Shown: positions 52,198 to 64,000 of the stretch, piece after piece
Layout: each line of letters begins with the position of its first letter
Numbering within the stretch: the first letter of the stretch is position 1
NCBI RefSeq assembly: GCF_036321535.1
Contig: NC_087472.1
Span: 101,620,001-101,684,000 of the forward strand
Direction: 5' to 3'
Source: Camelus dromedarius
Taxonomy: Eukaryota
DNA length: 64,000 bases
Made by a program: the position numbers and the translations under genes
Notes under the pieces: model-generated
What the model was told of the DNA's origin: nothing
The model's input: only the letters and a program-made list of their open reading frames with translations
Database searches by the model: none

Positions 52198-55100
52198 CAA
52201 ACACAAGAAATAATGACAGAGGCAGTGTTTACATCTCTACATCTATGGTTTCTTCGTTTGCTATTTACAATGCTGAGTGAATGAATGAATTTAGTTCACT
52301 TTACTTCTTGGGAAAAAGTGTATGCAGTGAAAGGGGGTTCCTTTTAGCTGACTCTGGCAAGGCTTTCAATAGCACGTATAAAGGAAAAGAAGAGAGAAAG
52401 AAACCTTTGTTGTAGTCCTGTGAAAATATGTTGGTCTGTATCATAAATAATTTTTCTACATTTGTGGTTAAATACATACTAATTATATTCCAGCAGAAGG
52501 GATGTTTTACTGAGAAACTTTACAAATTAAAAAAAGAAAAAGCCCTCTTAATAGCAGTATTTGCAGTGTCTCCCAGTCCAGGCTCTGACCCTGCGTCCCA
52601 ACACCTTTTCCCAGTTTAAGAACGTGGCGGGGACACTGGGTTCAGGCTCTGGGCTGGGACCTCCATCAGTTGCCTTCCAAGTGGAATCAGAACTGAAACT
52701 CCCAGACCAAAGTAAACATAAAAACAGTGTTATGTGCTCAGGGGGGAGGAAAGGCTGCTTCACTTAAGGATGGGGTCAAGTTGAACAACAGAAAGAGAAA
52801 TGACCAGGTGGCGTCCCTATGATGTACCAGAAGCTATGCTAGAGAAGCCAGGTAGAGAATTCTCCCCTTCTCGTCAGAAGCCCTTTCCCCACGTTGCACC
52901 ACCTGGAGTGTGGCTTGGAGGAGAATCAAGGTGTGCTTTGGCCTGCTCTTGAAGGGTTTTTCACTTCTCTGAGGAGTAATTCATTTCTGAAGAAGGAAGG
53001 GCACCAGTGGGAAGTTTCTGAAGAATAACGTCATAATAAATGGATCATGTGTTGCATTGCACATAGAAGCTCCTTTACTCAAGTATTTCTTAATAAACTT
53101 AAGATTTTTTCATTGAGTTTTTTAAACTCAGAGAGGGAACAGTTTTAGGACCATACAGATGCAAATGTCAGTAGGATTTGTAAAATGAATTTTCCTGGCT
53201 TCCAGGGAAGTTCATCACACAGCCCAGGTGGCCTGCTGCTGCAGCTGGTAGGACCCTGAGAAACCCTAGGGAAGGACCCATCTGAGGTCACCCCTGCCCA
53301 CTCTGGTGATCCTGGGATGTCACGCATCTGGCTTTAGGCTTCCTTCTCCCTCCCTCAGCCTGTGGGCAGGAAACCCTATAAACTGAAGCTTCAGGATGCA
53401 GGGGCTTGATGCTTGAATTTAGTCAGTCTCCAGGCTCAGAGTGTTCCAAAGTTCATCTGTCAGTTTTTCTCTTTAATTCAGGACACATTTTCCCATGGAA
53501 GAGAAGTTACAAATGGCATTTAGAGTTCCAAGTTTGCCCATCAAGGCTTATTTCCTCCACAGTATTACTGGGGAAACATGCATTTACCATGAACAAGAGT
53601 GGAAACCGGTACTGGTATCATGATCGTGAATAAACGATAATATAACTCCAGAAGATGGTTTTAAAAATTAATCTTAGATGCCAGTGCCCAATGAAATGCA
53701 GGAATAACTAGAGAAAGAGCAGTGGGCTGATGGAGACCTTGGGGTCTACAACTTGAATATCGCTCTCTTTGAGGATTCATGACACTGGTTCTTTATAATG
53801 TTCAATATCACTACAAAGATTCACTCATTCCAAAAAAATAGTATTTTTGAATATCTAAATTCCATTAGGCAACATTATAGCAGAGATGACAGACAGTCCT
53901 TACTCTAAAGGCACTCATAGGATGGCTCACTAGAAAGACACTGCACTATATACTGTACATGGTCTTCAGGGGGACTTCCATATGCTCCTGAGATACGCTG
54001 TGTTGCACCTGAGGGTTCAGGAAGCCACAGGATAAATGTGGCGGGTCTTCCTGGACCACTGGTTCTACTCAGTCATTGTTTTGGGGAGAGATTATTTTAT
54101 GTAAAATAATGTAGAGAACAGTGCAAATGTTATAGAAGTGTTTAGGATGACGCACACGATTACTAAGCAATCTTAAGATCTGTGGAAGGCTGTTTCAGGC
54201 CATACCTGACTCTGTCTGTCTCTGTCTCCAGCCTCTGGCTCCGACCCCCTTAGGGGCACTAGTTCATCCTCTGCCCTCGAAGCACCACCACTACAATATA
54301 GGTATACATAGCACATGGGCTATGGAAAGGGAGATGTCACCATCACCCTGGGTGATTTCTGGAAAGGCCTCCCAAGGAAACGGATGCTGTGGCCAAAGCT
54401 TCCAAACTGACTAGGAGTTGGCCAGATGAAAGAGGCCATAAAAGCATCCTAGAGAGGGGACAGTGTATATAGGCCTGGAGGTGTGTGAGAGCGTGGTGTG
54501 AGGAGAAAATGCAAACAGCTGTGCGTGACCGAGACACCCGGCTGGCGGAGGGCATTGCAGAGACGCATGCATTTTCACCTCAAAGTACAAGAAAGGATGT
54601 TGAGTCCAAGGGTTCCTGTTCCAGACAAGAGGTAGTGCTGCTAGTCCAGGGCAGCTTGGTAGCTGCCCAGAGCAAGCGGCCTTGGGAAACTGGGGAAAGC
54701 AGGTGATGGTATGAAGATGGCCAAGAACAGAAGAGAGACATTTAAGCACAGATTTTTGCAACTCCAGGAAGAGCTGTCATCATCATCTGCTACTTGTTAC
54801 TTTGCTCAGAAACTCTGAATGACACATAGTCCCAGTAAGCACCTTCACGGGGATACTGAAGTTAAGAAATGAGAGGACCGGCTCTCCTCTTTCTTTCTCA
54901 CCACTGAGAAACACCATCTGAACTGCCAACATTTCCAGGCAGAGTGGGAAATCCTCCATTGTAACTTCCTGACCTGCTACAACCTCCAGTACTTGTTAAT
55001 CCATCACCTTTTATGATTACACAAGGCATTTACGACCCTCTCCTAGGAAATGAATATTTGAACAATATGTCATTGATAAACAATGCTGGGTAATAAATAT

Positions 55101-55459
55101 ATCAGTTACAGGCAGTCAAGTTAACTAGCAAAAAGTCCTAGAGTCATTTCAGGACTTGAAAGAGAAAGTAAAAGGCCTTACCCACCCTACTCTGTTTTCT
55201 CAAGACATGGGGCACTAGTGGGCCTGTCCCTTGTCTGACACCTCCTCTTAGCTCCCAGTCTTATGTTTTGGTGTGGGCCATCTCTTGCTGATCGTTTTTT
55301 GCTCCTTCAAATCAAAACTAAGTTTCCTATGCTTTGCATGACTAAGCGGAGATTGGAGCCTAGGCCAAAGCACACCTTTTAACTCTTCACCTGTATAACC
55401 TCAAGGGACCACCCCAACATTTAGTCTGGAGTCATTATTCTCGGAGCCTTGCAGGCAGG

Positions 55460-55700
55460 ATAACCTGGTGGTAAAAAGCCTGGTGCTTGGAATCAGACAG
55501 ACCTGGGCCCAAGTGCTGGCTTTGCATCATCTGAGCTGTAATCTTGGGCAAGTTACACCAATCCTCTAAGCCTCATCATCTTCCTTATCTTGGGATGAAG
55601 CATAACAACTGTGCCTGCATCAGAGGGTGGTGGTGAGGAACAATCTGACAGAGATGAGCACGGTCCTGCTGAGCACATAATACAGGCTCATTAAATGGCT
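55460..55700 (+). mobile_element. MIR SINE
   Basis: ggaatcagacagacctggg...cttgggcaagttac...ctaagcctca. Confidence 0.7.
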
Positions 55701-58700
55701 TTTAATATTAACATCCCAGTTTTCCCCAACCACTGGGCCCCAGATCTCCTCAGCTCCCCCATGTCAATGGACGGGCCCCTCTCAAAGCCATCAGATTGAT
55801 CATTTATGACTCAGAAGTACTGAGCTTTCTATCTTAACCACCAACTTGAGAAGACATAAGTTTCATTGCTTCTTTCCAGAAATACTTTTCCTTTGTGACC
55901 TAAATGAAACCACCGGAGGCTAAACAGATTAGAAGGAAAGAATACCCTGCGTGAATATTTTTTGAAGTTGCTAAAATAAGTTGTTGAAAACAAAGACCTG
56001 AGAGAAATACGAACATAAGCTACTGGTTTTATATTTATACCTGCATTCCAATATCCACCCGCTGCTACAGTTATAAAGCAGTGTATAAGATGTTGGGAAA
56101 TGGACTAGAGTTAAAAACATCTTTTGATATTTGGTTGAATCTGCTTGCATTTTGCAGAGGGGAACTACTATTAACCAAAGTATGCCAAGATACAAAAGAT
56201 GAGAGCCAGCCTCAGAAAAAGCGGGCTAAGACGAGAGGGAAGGGGGTTTTCATTCCCTGGGACTGACAGCATCATTTCCCCAGGAAGGACCCTGAAGGTT
56301 TTGTTCACATACTTCCAACCCCATCTCCTGATGCTGACGAAGGTGATGCTGATGACAGTGACAACAGCAAACATCTATCCAGTCCTTATCCTGTGCCAGG
56401 CACTGTGCCTTGGGCTTTATTTCTAAGACACCATTCAGTCTTCACAACAAGGGTATAAGGTTTTGCCGAAGAAACCACAGCTTAGAGAGGAATAAGCCCA
56501 GAATGCTGCGTCTCCTGGCCGACAGATTCCTACCAGCTCATCAAAGTAAGTCTCACCTGCTTCAGGGAGCCTCCTTCCCTTTCCCTCTTCACCCCCTCCT
56601 TCCCCGTTCACTTTTCCTTCGGTCATTCTGAAGCTTGATTTTGTTGTTGTTGTTTTGTTTTTTTAAATAGACACACTTGGCAGATGTAGTCATACACCAC
56701 TTTGGTTTGACTGCTTTTTCACTGAGTGCTGGTTTGGTCTTTGGACGAGGCTGCAATACCTTAAAAGTAGGGGGAGTCCTCAGTTTTGCCCCCAATACAG
56801 GGCAGGGTGTAGGGAGATTTGGGACCTACAGAGTCTTACCCAGGCCTCAACATCTATTAAACTGCAGCGGATTGGACTTTTGCCCTTTACCAGGTTTCAA
56901 ATTTCATAGTTATTTTCTGCTTGATACTTTGGACCAAGGGCAGAGAAATGTCACTGTTACACCGAGAGCTCCAGCCACAAGAATGTTGTGGAACAGGAAA
57001 GGAAGTCATTTTTTATCACTGAACTCAAAAGCTTCCCTTCCTATATGAATCAAGGGTGTATCTTTTGTCCCAGGGGTTTCTTCTGAGCCTCTCAGTGGCT
57101 GGGCCTGCCCCTCCTATAAAAGGAGAAGAGACAAAGAGAAGTGGAATGCGATTTGGTGGCAAAGAACATTTACCCCAAAGAAAATGGAGTGACTTTTAGC
57201 TTATCTGCTGTCACCTTGTTAATGTGATAATTGTTCTTCAAAATAAAATCTCCTCTTCTTGCCCATGATGTCTTTAGTGTGTGTTTAAAAAAAAACAGCG
57301 AAAAAGAAGCCAGTAAATGCCAAGAGGAGAGGAGCGCGGGGGGGGGGGGGGGGGATAAAAGGCTAATCAAGAGAAGCTACAAATCCACTTCTTTTCAAGG
57401 AAAAATATTCAAAATACAATTATCTTAATTTTCCCAGCCGGCCATTTTGCTTGTTTCCCAAGGTAGGTGTGGAAAGTATAGAACCCCATGATCCCTGTCA
57501 CCACTCCTGGCTTTCAGAGCAGGAGCTATTGTCCTGCAGAGTTGGGATGAGTAATTTATTGTCCACTGAAGCCCAGGGCCCTGGGGCTGTTGATGTGTGC
57601 CCCTGGCCTGTTCTCAAGCACACCCTTATTTCAAAATTCATCATCCAGCTTGAACTTGCTGGTGAAGGTTTCTAGGATTAAACACTTAGAGGGAAGAGGG
57701 ATCCTAGTTGTTAAAGGCCAAGTACCATCCACGGCCAGCATAACACAAAGACAAGATGGTGAGAGAAGAGGGATTTACTCTATCTTTAAAAATAAATCAA
57801 AACTTCCTCTTCACTCTAGTTGTTGTGCAGGGGGCAGAAAGGAGTACAGGTGACACTCCCGGGAGGCCGCAGTTCTGCAAAGCGGGGGAGACGTTTGCAT
57901 CTCCCCCCTTACATTTGGCCTCTGGATGCTGAAGAACCAGTTCTGTGTTTCAGTTGTGAGAGGATGTGGCTGAGATTAATTCCCTTCTACGTCTCCTTCC
58001 TGCCATTTTGGGGGCCAGTGCTTGTCCCCACACTCAAGGTCAATGAGTTACAGCCACGTGCAAGGCCAGCATCCCTCAGGAGAGTCGAGTTTCTCAGTAC
58101 TCCCGCTGACCCAAAAAGAGGCAGGAGGGAGAGGGCTATGCTACCCAACGGAGTACTCAGAAGCACAGGATGGCTTCAGAGAAGACTAGAAGATTCTGCC
58201 TGGAACACGGACAAGTAACTTCTACCTAAGCTTACATACAGAGGGGCCGTGCAGGGTAGAGAGTGTATAGACAGCAAATGACAGTTGCCCATAGCTTCCT
58301 GCAGCTTTATCCCTTCCTAATCTTACCATCCCTTCTACACCCCCTCCGCCGACTTACAGAAGGCAAGGATCAACCCAGTGCAAATAGGCTTTAATTTTCT
58401 GCAAAATATTAGCTCTATAAAAGGTATTTCTCTTGGTTTCAGAGACCAGGTACTTCTGTTTTAGTTTGGAAGATCAGAGTGAGCTCATTCCATTGTGTTC
58501 TGAAAAATCAGACAAAACAAACAAAAAGCCCCCACAAATATCCACACAAAACTTGATACCCCATAACCTATTTACCCGAACGCAATCGATTCAAAGGTCC
58601 CCTCCTCCATCAGCCACACTTGGCTTGTGGTGCCACCCCTCATGAGGAAGAGGTGGTCCCTCCTTCCTGTGGATGAGCCCTGAGGTACTGTGGCCAGCCT

Positions 58701-59289
58701 TTCTGGTGTTCCTGCGTCAGTGCCCTCCTGACTTGGAGTCCTCAAGGGCAGGACTGTGCGTCAGTCGTGTATGAGACCCAGGGCCAAGCCTGGGGCCCCC
58801 TATGGAGACGCTGCTCTATAAAGGTTAGCTCCCCAGATGCCCGCCTCCTCCAGGGCCCTGGCCGGAGCCGAGCAGTCAAGGCCTCACCGAGTGGGAAGCG
58901 ACCTAGTTGGGTGCTCGGGGAAGAGGCCAGGTTTGGGACAGAGCAGTTCAAACAGTCCACTGGGGAACATTACACAAGAGACAGAGACTAAGAAATTTCA
59001 GAGGAATTTCTCAATGGTGAGTTTTTGTGTTATGCTGAGTTTTTTCCTGGCTCGCCTCAGCATGCTCCATCCAGTGTAACACTTGGCTACGTGCCCTTCC
59101 CTGGGCACACTGTTGGTATTTTCATGTCCCATCTGCTAGTGCCTCTGGAGGACATTAGGATAAGTGGGTTGATCCAGAAAGGACACCCACTGTCCTGGCC
59201 CTCTGCCTAAGACATGCAAATGGAGAGTGGCTTCCCAGCCGCAATGCTTTTGCCTCTGCCAAAGGCATATTATTTTAAATATGATCATT

Positions 59290-59525
59290 ATCCGTAGCTA
59301 CTATGGATGGAGCTGTTACTAGGTACGCGATGCTAAGTCCTTTGCCTGCATTCTTTCATTTCATCTTCACTTAAAGAACATACAAGGCAGATTGTACCAT
59401 CTCTATTTTAGAAATAAGGAAGTTGCAATACTGTAACTTGTTCAAAGTCATACAACTGACCAATGGCAGAGTAAGGATTCCAACCCAGATCTGGCAGATA
59501 CCAAAACCCATCTTCCCCACACTCC
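59290..59525 (-). mobile_element. MIR SINE
   Basis: taacttgttcaaagtcatacaact...ggcagagtaaggattccaacccagatct. Confidence 0.7.
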
Positions 59526-60991
59526 AAAACCAAACTATCTAGAGGATGAAACCCATAACCGTAAGCCCACATAGTAAAACCAATGGAAATTACCAAAGCT
59601 GTACTGTGAGGTAAATTTATAGCTATCAGTTCTCATATATGTTTTTTAAATTAAGCATTCAACTTAAGAAATGGAAAAAAAAGTTTAAAAATCTCAATTA
59701 AATGAATATAAACACCAGATAAATTAACTAAAAACAGGAAACACCAATAAAATGAACAAAACAGACTTTGCCATAAGATGCCATAAGTCTACACCTTGCT
59801 CCCTCTGAAAGTAGAGTTCCCAGGGGTGAGCTAAGGGACCTGAGCTGACATTCATCCTGATAGGAAAGCTCTGTTTCTAGTAAATACGAATGCCCAGAGA
59901 TCGGGGCAGAGATAGTGGCAGTAGCTGTTGGGCCCCCCGCCCCCGACTATTGGTTGGCAGAGGGGTCTGGGTCCTAAGAGCCTGCCTGATCAGCTTAAGT
60001 GGTTCTCACACCTGCCCAAGCCGGCAGCACGCCCTTACAGGCTGGATGTGGCAGGAGCCTGAAGCCTGACTCCCACAGTCCTCTCTTCCTGAAGACCACA
60101 CTGTCCCGTGAATGTCTACCCAGATACAGCTCATCAGCTCCAAGATCTAACACGGCTGGCACGTAGGGGCTGTGCCTGCCTCTAGGTTGGGGAGATTCGG
60201 CAGGGGCTGAGGAAGAAAGAAAGCAGAGAGTTTTATTTTTCCCTGAATTATTCCTATGCTTATAAGGCAATCGTATGAAACAATTGTTCCATGGCTTTAA
60301 ATCTAGTAAATAAAACTCCCTTTGAGGCTCCGGTTTGAAAGATGGTGAAGATCAGAGTAACTACATTGTTTATGTAATAAACACACACCCAAAACTGTAA
60401 CAGTTTTATAATGAAACCTGGTGTAATAAAATTTGTATTGAAGCAAAAAGCAGTCACTTTCCCCTCAGCTTTTATTGTGCCGAATGCAATACCTGCCAAG
60501 TCCTACTTGGAGGCATCCTGGCTGAAGGGCCTGGTCTACCCCCTGGTGAGCGGTCCCAGGCTGGTGGAGGTGCCCTGACCCTGCTGCTATTCCTGCCAGA
60601 GGATGGCCAGGTCCCCAGTGGGCTAGCAGCTCTGAGAAGGAGGAACCCCTGCCATGAGCCTGCCAACTTCCCACACCCCAGCCTACCAGCCACCCCCATG
60701 CCTTGGATCTTCAACTCCCCAAGGTAAAGCGGGTCAAGCGGCCCTAAATCTTCTCCCCATCTTTCTCCTGGAACACAGACTGGAAACGGGGGGCAGGCAC
60801 TTATTTCTTCAACACTCCCAGTACTTGGTCCTTCAGGCCTGAAGAATACTGCCTGGCGGCTAGACACTCTCCCTGCGATCCACTGGTTCTCATGAGAATG
60901 TGTGACCTTAGGCCCTTCACTGCCTCGCTCAGTTCCTTGAGGGAAATTGGTGGGTAGAGTGGGAGTGAGGTCGCTACTTTTTTCCCTAAGT

Positions 60992-61112
60992 CAGTGATTC
61001 TCAGTAACCCTGCCTGCACACTGGAATCCGTATGGGGGCTTTTAAAATACTGATGCCTGGCTCCACCCCAGAGGTTCTGATTGGTTTGGTCCGAGTGCGG
61101 CCTGCACATCAG
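60992..61112. mobile_element. MER5-like hAT fragment
   Basis: cagtgattctca...tttaaaatactgatgcctggctccaccccagaggttctgatt. Confidence 0.7.
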
Positions 61113-62430
61113 ATAATGGCTATTCATTGTAAGTGTGTATGATATTTGGGATTTGGATTTGAACAGCTTCTCTCCTCCCAAATTCAGAAAGCGCAATGCC
61201 CTGAAGAAACTGACAGAGGTTCAGCGGCGCCCACCAGAAGCCACCTGGTCCACAGGCGTGCTTCCTTCCCCTCCTAAGAGGTCTTAGGTAACAAAGCGGA
61301 AACAGACCAGTGCCTCCCCATCACCACACCTGGAAAAGCAACTCAGAGGGCATGTTCTCAGACGGCATGGCGGAGCACACTTTCATGGAGCAGGGCTGCA
61401 GACAACCACGTTGGTAGTGGTGCGGCCAATGAGTGGCCCTTGGAGCTGTGCAAGGCATCAGGCTCCAGAGAGACAGGGGAGGCAAAATCGGAGTAAGGGG
61501 GCTTCAACACTCACGCTGCCCCCACCCCCTGCCTGCTCAACACGATGGGGGGAGGGGTGGAGTCTCTAGAAGAAATATAGGACAGGCCCTGTCCCTGCCC
61601 TTCAGGAGCCTGAGTCAAAACGGTAGGACTAACCATGGTGCAGGACGAATACTGCAAAGAGTTCGACACTTTTGAAATGGGGTTCAACTGTGTGGCCGAC
61701 CTCCTGTGACGACTATTAGGTTTAGGACTGCAAAAGTCAAGTTAGCCCCTCGAATGGTTTACGGCCATTTAAGATGGAAGAGAAACTAGAAACTGGGGGA
61801 CTTGAGTCTGGGGACTCCTAGTTCAGGGCTGTTTGGGGCCATGGGGAGATAAAGCAATCCCTCTGTGTGATCTCAGGATGTGGGCAGGATACTGAGGAAT
61901 TCCAAGAAGAAAGGAGGGGGCAGGGTGCCAGAAGAGGAGAAAGGGACAGGCAGGCGGGGACCAGGGCCAGCCGGTGCAGGACGCAGGGACGCAGGCCGGA
62001 GCCCACCCAGGCCTCTTCCCCACAGCCCAGACCCCAGCCCAAGCCTCTTGCCCTGACCCTACCTTGGGCTGCCCTCTGGGCCCTCCTGGAAGACAGGCCA
62101 GTGTCAGTGCAGAAGAGGACAAGGGAGAAGGGCTTGTCCTCTCTTTCCTAAGTGGTCCAGCCCCTCAGAAGGAGCACAAAGTTGCAAACTTGGCCAGAAA
62201 GAACAGCCCGAAGTCCGCAAAGTTTAGGAGCCGCTGAGCACAACCGTGAAGGTCATCGCTGAGGGTCAGGCAGGGCCTGCCTCCCTCCTGCCGGCTGCTG
62301 TGAAAGGGCTCCTTTTCTTCTGGCTGCCCCAGAATGGGGAGCTGCTGCGGCGCCAGCCCCTCTCCATCAGGCCGGCCTCCCCCAGCCCCCTCCCCGAGTC
62401 TGGCCTGGAAGTGCCGCCAACCCCAAATAC

Positions 62431-62464
62431 CTGCGTTCTTGGGCAGGCAGCAGGCGAGAGGCAT
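62431..62464 (-). CDS. NHS: NHS short alternative first coding exon (exon 1b type), MPLACCLPKNA + 1 nt
   Basis: Minus strand ATG CCT CTC GCC TGC TGC CTG CCC AAG AAC GCA G|gtattt. 34 nt, phase 1, in frame with exon 2 (G+CT=Ala). Resembles the recalled human short-isoform N-terminus MALACCMPKNA. Confidence 0.9.
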
Positions 62465-62800
62465 GCTTGGATTCCCGCTCTGCTTCTTAGGGATGGGCCT
62501 TTTCTTTTCTCCAAAGCCCTCTCAGAGTCCCGGGAGCAGAAAGCCGATCTCCTTAAGTCGGCAGGCAGAGCAGGGGGGTGGGAGGGCGAGGGAGGGCAAC
62601 CTTCGGCAAGGAGGGTGGCAGACTTTCCCACAGCATCTGTGCTGCCTCTGGGACTCCCCCCTGGAGGGGGAGATGGTCTCACCCAAGTGCCGGGCCAGCT
62701 GCTAATCCCTGCGGGGTTCCTTTGAATGGCAAATCAGGATTCCGGGGCAGCCTCCGACACACCCTGTCTCCAGAGGAGGGGCTTAGCAGCGCTCTCAGCC
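62465..62800 (-). promoter_or_regulatory. NHS: 5' UTR/promoter region of the MPLACC first exon
   Basis: GC-rich unique sequence directly upstream of the ATG. The TSS cannot be placed from sequence. Confidence 0.5.
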
Positions 62801-62818
62801 CTGGAGGAGTTCAGAAGG

Positions 62819-62945
62819 CAGTGGTACTTTCTTCCCAGCCTTGCTGCTCCAGGTGCAATGGAGGGCATGGGGTTGGCAGCACTGGCATCACTTGGGAGCT
62901 TGTTAGACATGCAGACTCTCAGGCCCCGAGTTTGAGAAGCTCTGC
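62819..62945. mobile_element. MER5A-like hAT fragment
   Basis: gcatcacttgggagcttgttagacatgcagactctcaggccc...tttgagaagctctg. Confidence 0.7.
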
Positions 62946-64000
62946 CAAGTGCCACATGGCTATGGAAACCATTAGCACGCGACCAGAGGCCGGAAGCTGG
63001 ACAAACACTAAAACCCAGGGAGCCATAGCAGCCCAGCCCAGCCCCTATGCTGACTGCCCAGTCCTGAGAAGGAATACACCCCCTTCCATCTCCCTGCCGC
63101 CACCCATTCTTCACACCAGGCCAGGGCTGGTTCACTTGGCTGTGAAAAAAAATTTAGGTCGGTGTAAGGCTGAGCTATTCAACAGGTCTGCAAATATTTG
63201 CACACATGCTGAAAGGATGAGGGGTGGGATACAACTGGAGTTTGCTCTTTGCAGGTTGCAAATCAATTTCTGATCCTCTCCCACCCCAACACACGGCACC
63301 TGTATCAACACGTTAGACTCTTGTGATGCCAGTAACAACAGTAATAGTACGTGGCAAGCATCCTTGAGTCCTTTCACAAACATCGACCGTCCTGGAGCCT
63401 CTTTCAGATCGCCCTCTTGGCAAGAAAGGGAGAACAGAAAGACTTCCACAGCTCTGCGCTAACAGCTTTTATGTCCTCATGGCACAGGCTCTCCCTCCCA
63501 CCCAGCAACTGCATCCACTGCGGAAGCTGGAAGGGTGGAGCGAAAGGGAAGAAGGGAAACTAACGGAGAGTCAGAGACTGTGCTTTGTGGTCCAGCAAGA
63601 ACATGGAAATAACTAATCGCGAGGGAGATGGACTCGCTCTCTTCTCACACTGTCACCAGATTTCTGGCGATGGCGGCGGCATCAGCTCCCTGCTGCTGCT
63701 CCACAATCATGTGGGGCCAGAGCTGGAGTGGGTGACTTCACTTTATTTCTGAAGAGGATCGGAACGGTGCTGAGGTTCTGGGATGCACTAAGACGGCCCA
63801 AATCAACAGAGGGTTTGGCTGGAACCTGGAACCAGACACAGTTGTCAGCCTTCCAGGCATCTGTTAGAGGCATCAGCGGACGGCAGGGGCACTGCCTAAA
63901 ATACTGCCAGCTGCAGGGCTCCTGCCTGTGTCCCCTCCCATTTGCAGAGTGTCAGGGCCCCGCTTGAGGGAAGAAATCAAAGGGCTGTGGAGAAGGCAGA

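Noticed and set aside
57337..57354. Poly-G run as a regulatory element
   Set aside because: Simple homopolymer of uncertain true length with no other support.
62246..63273. Plus-strand ORFs of 123-231 aa near the MPLACC exon
   Set aside because: Non-ATG starts in GC-rich promoter DNA, one crosses a MER5 element, no known homology.

Overview
Mammalian DNA, not microbial. A vic-1-type tRNA-Ala SINE points to a camelid. The window covers part of the X-linked Nance-Horan syndrome gene NHS on the minus strand. It contains the short alternative first coding exon (MPLACCLPKNA, 62431-62464), exon 2 (24781-24933, 153 nt) and exon 3 (10698-10831, 134 nt), all with canonical GT-AG sites and matching phases. 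The rest is intron, with nested LINE-1 elements (two long ones in the sense orientation), L2, MIR, MaLR/ERV LTRs and hAT transposons. Most interesting: an intronic CpG island at about 43.3-45.1 kb holds two candidate first exons whose phase-1 donors would splice in frame to exon 2. One encodes MGNAQHQRSRYRRRKRT, a likely myristoyl plus polybasic membrane anchor. There is also a tandemly duplicated inverted repeat around an octamer microsatellite just upstream of exon 2, and a convergent pair of CTCF-like motifs. Gene and repeat names come from recognition and memory; no database search was run.
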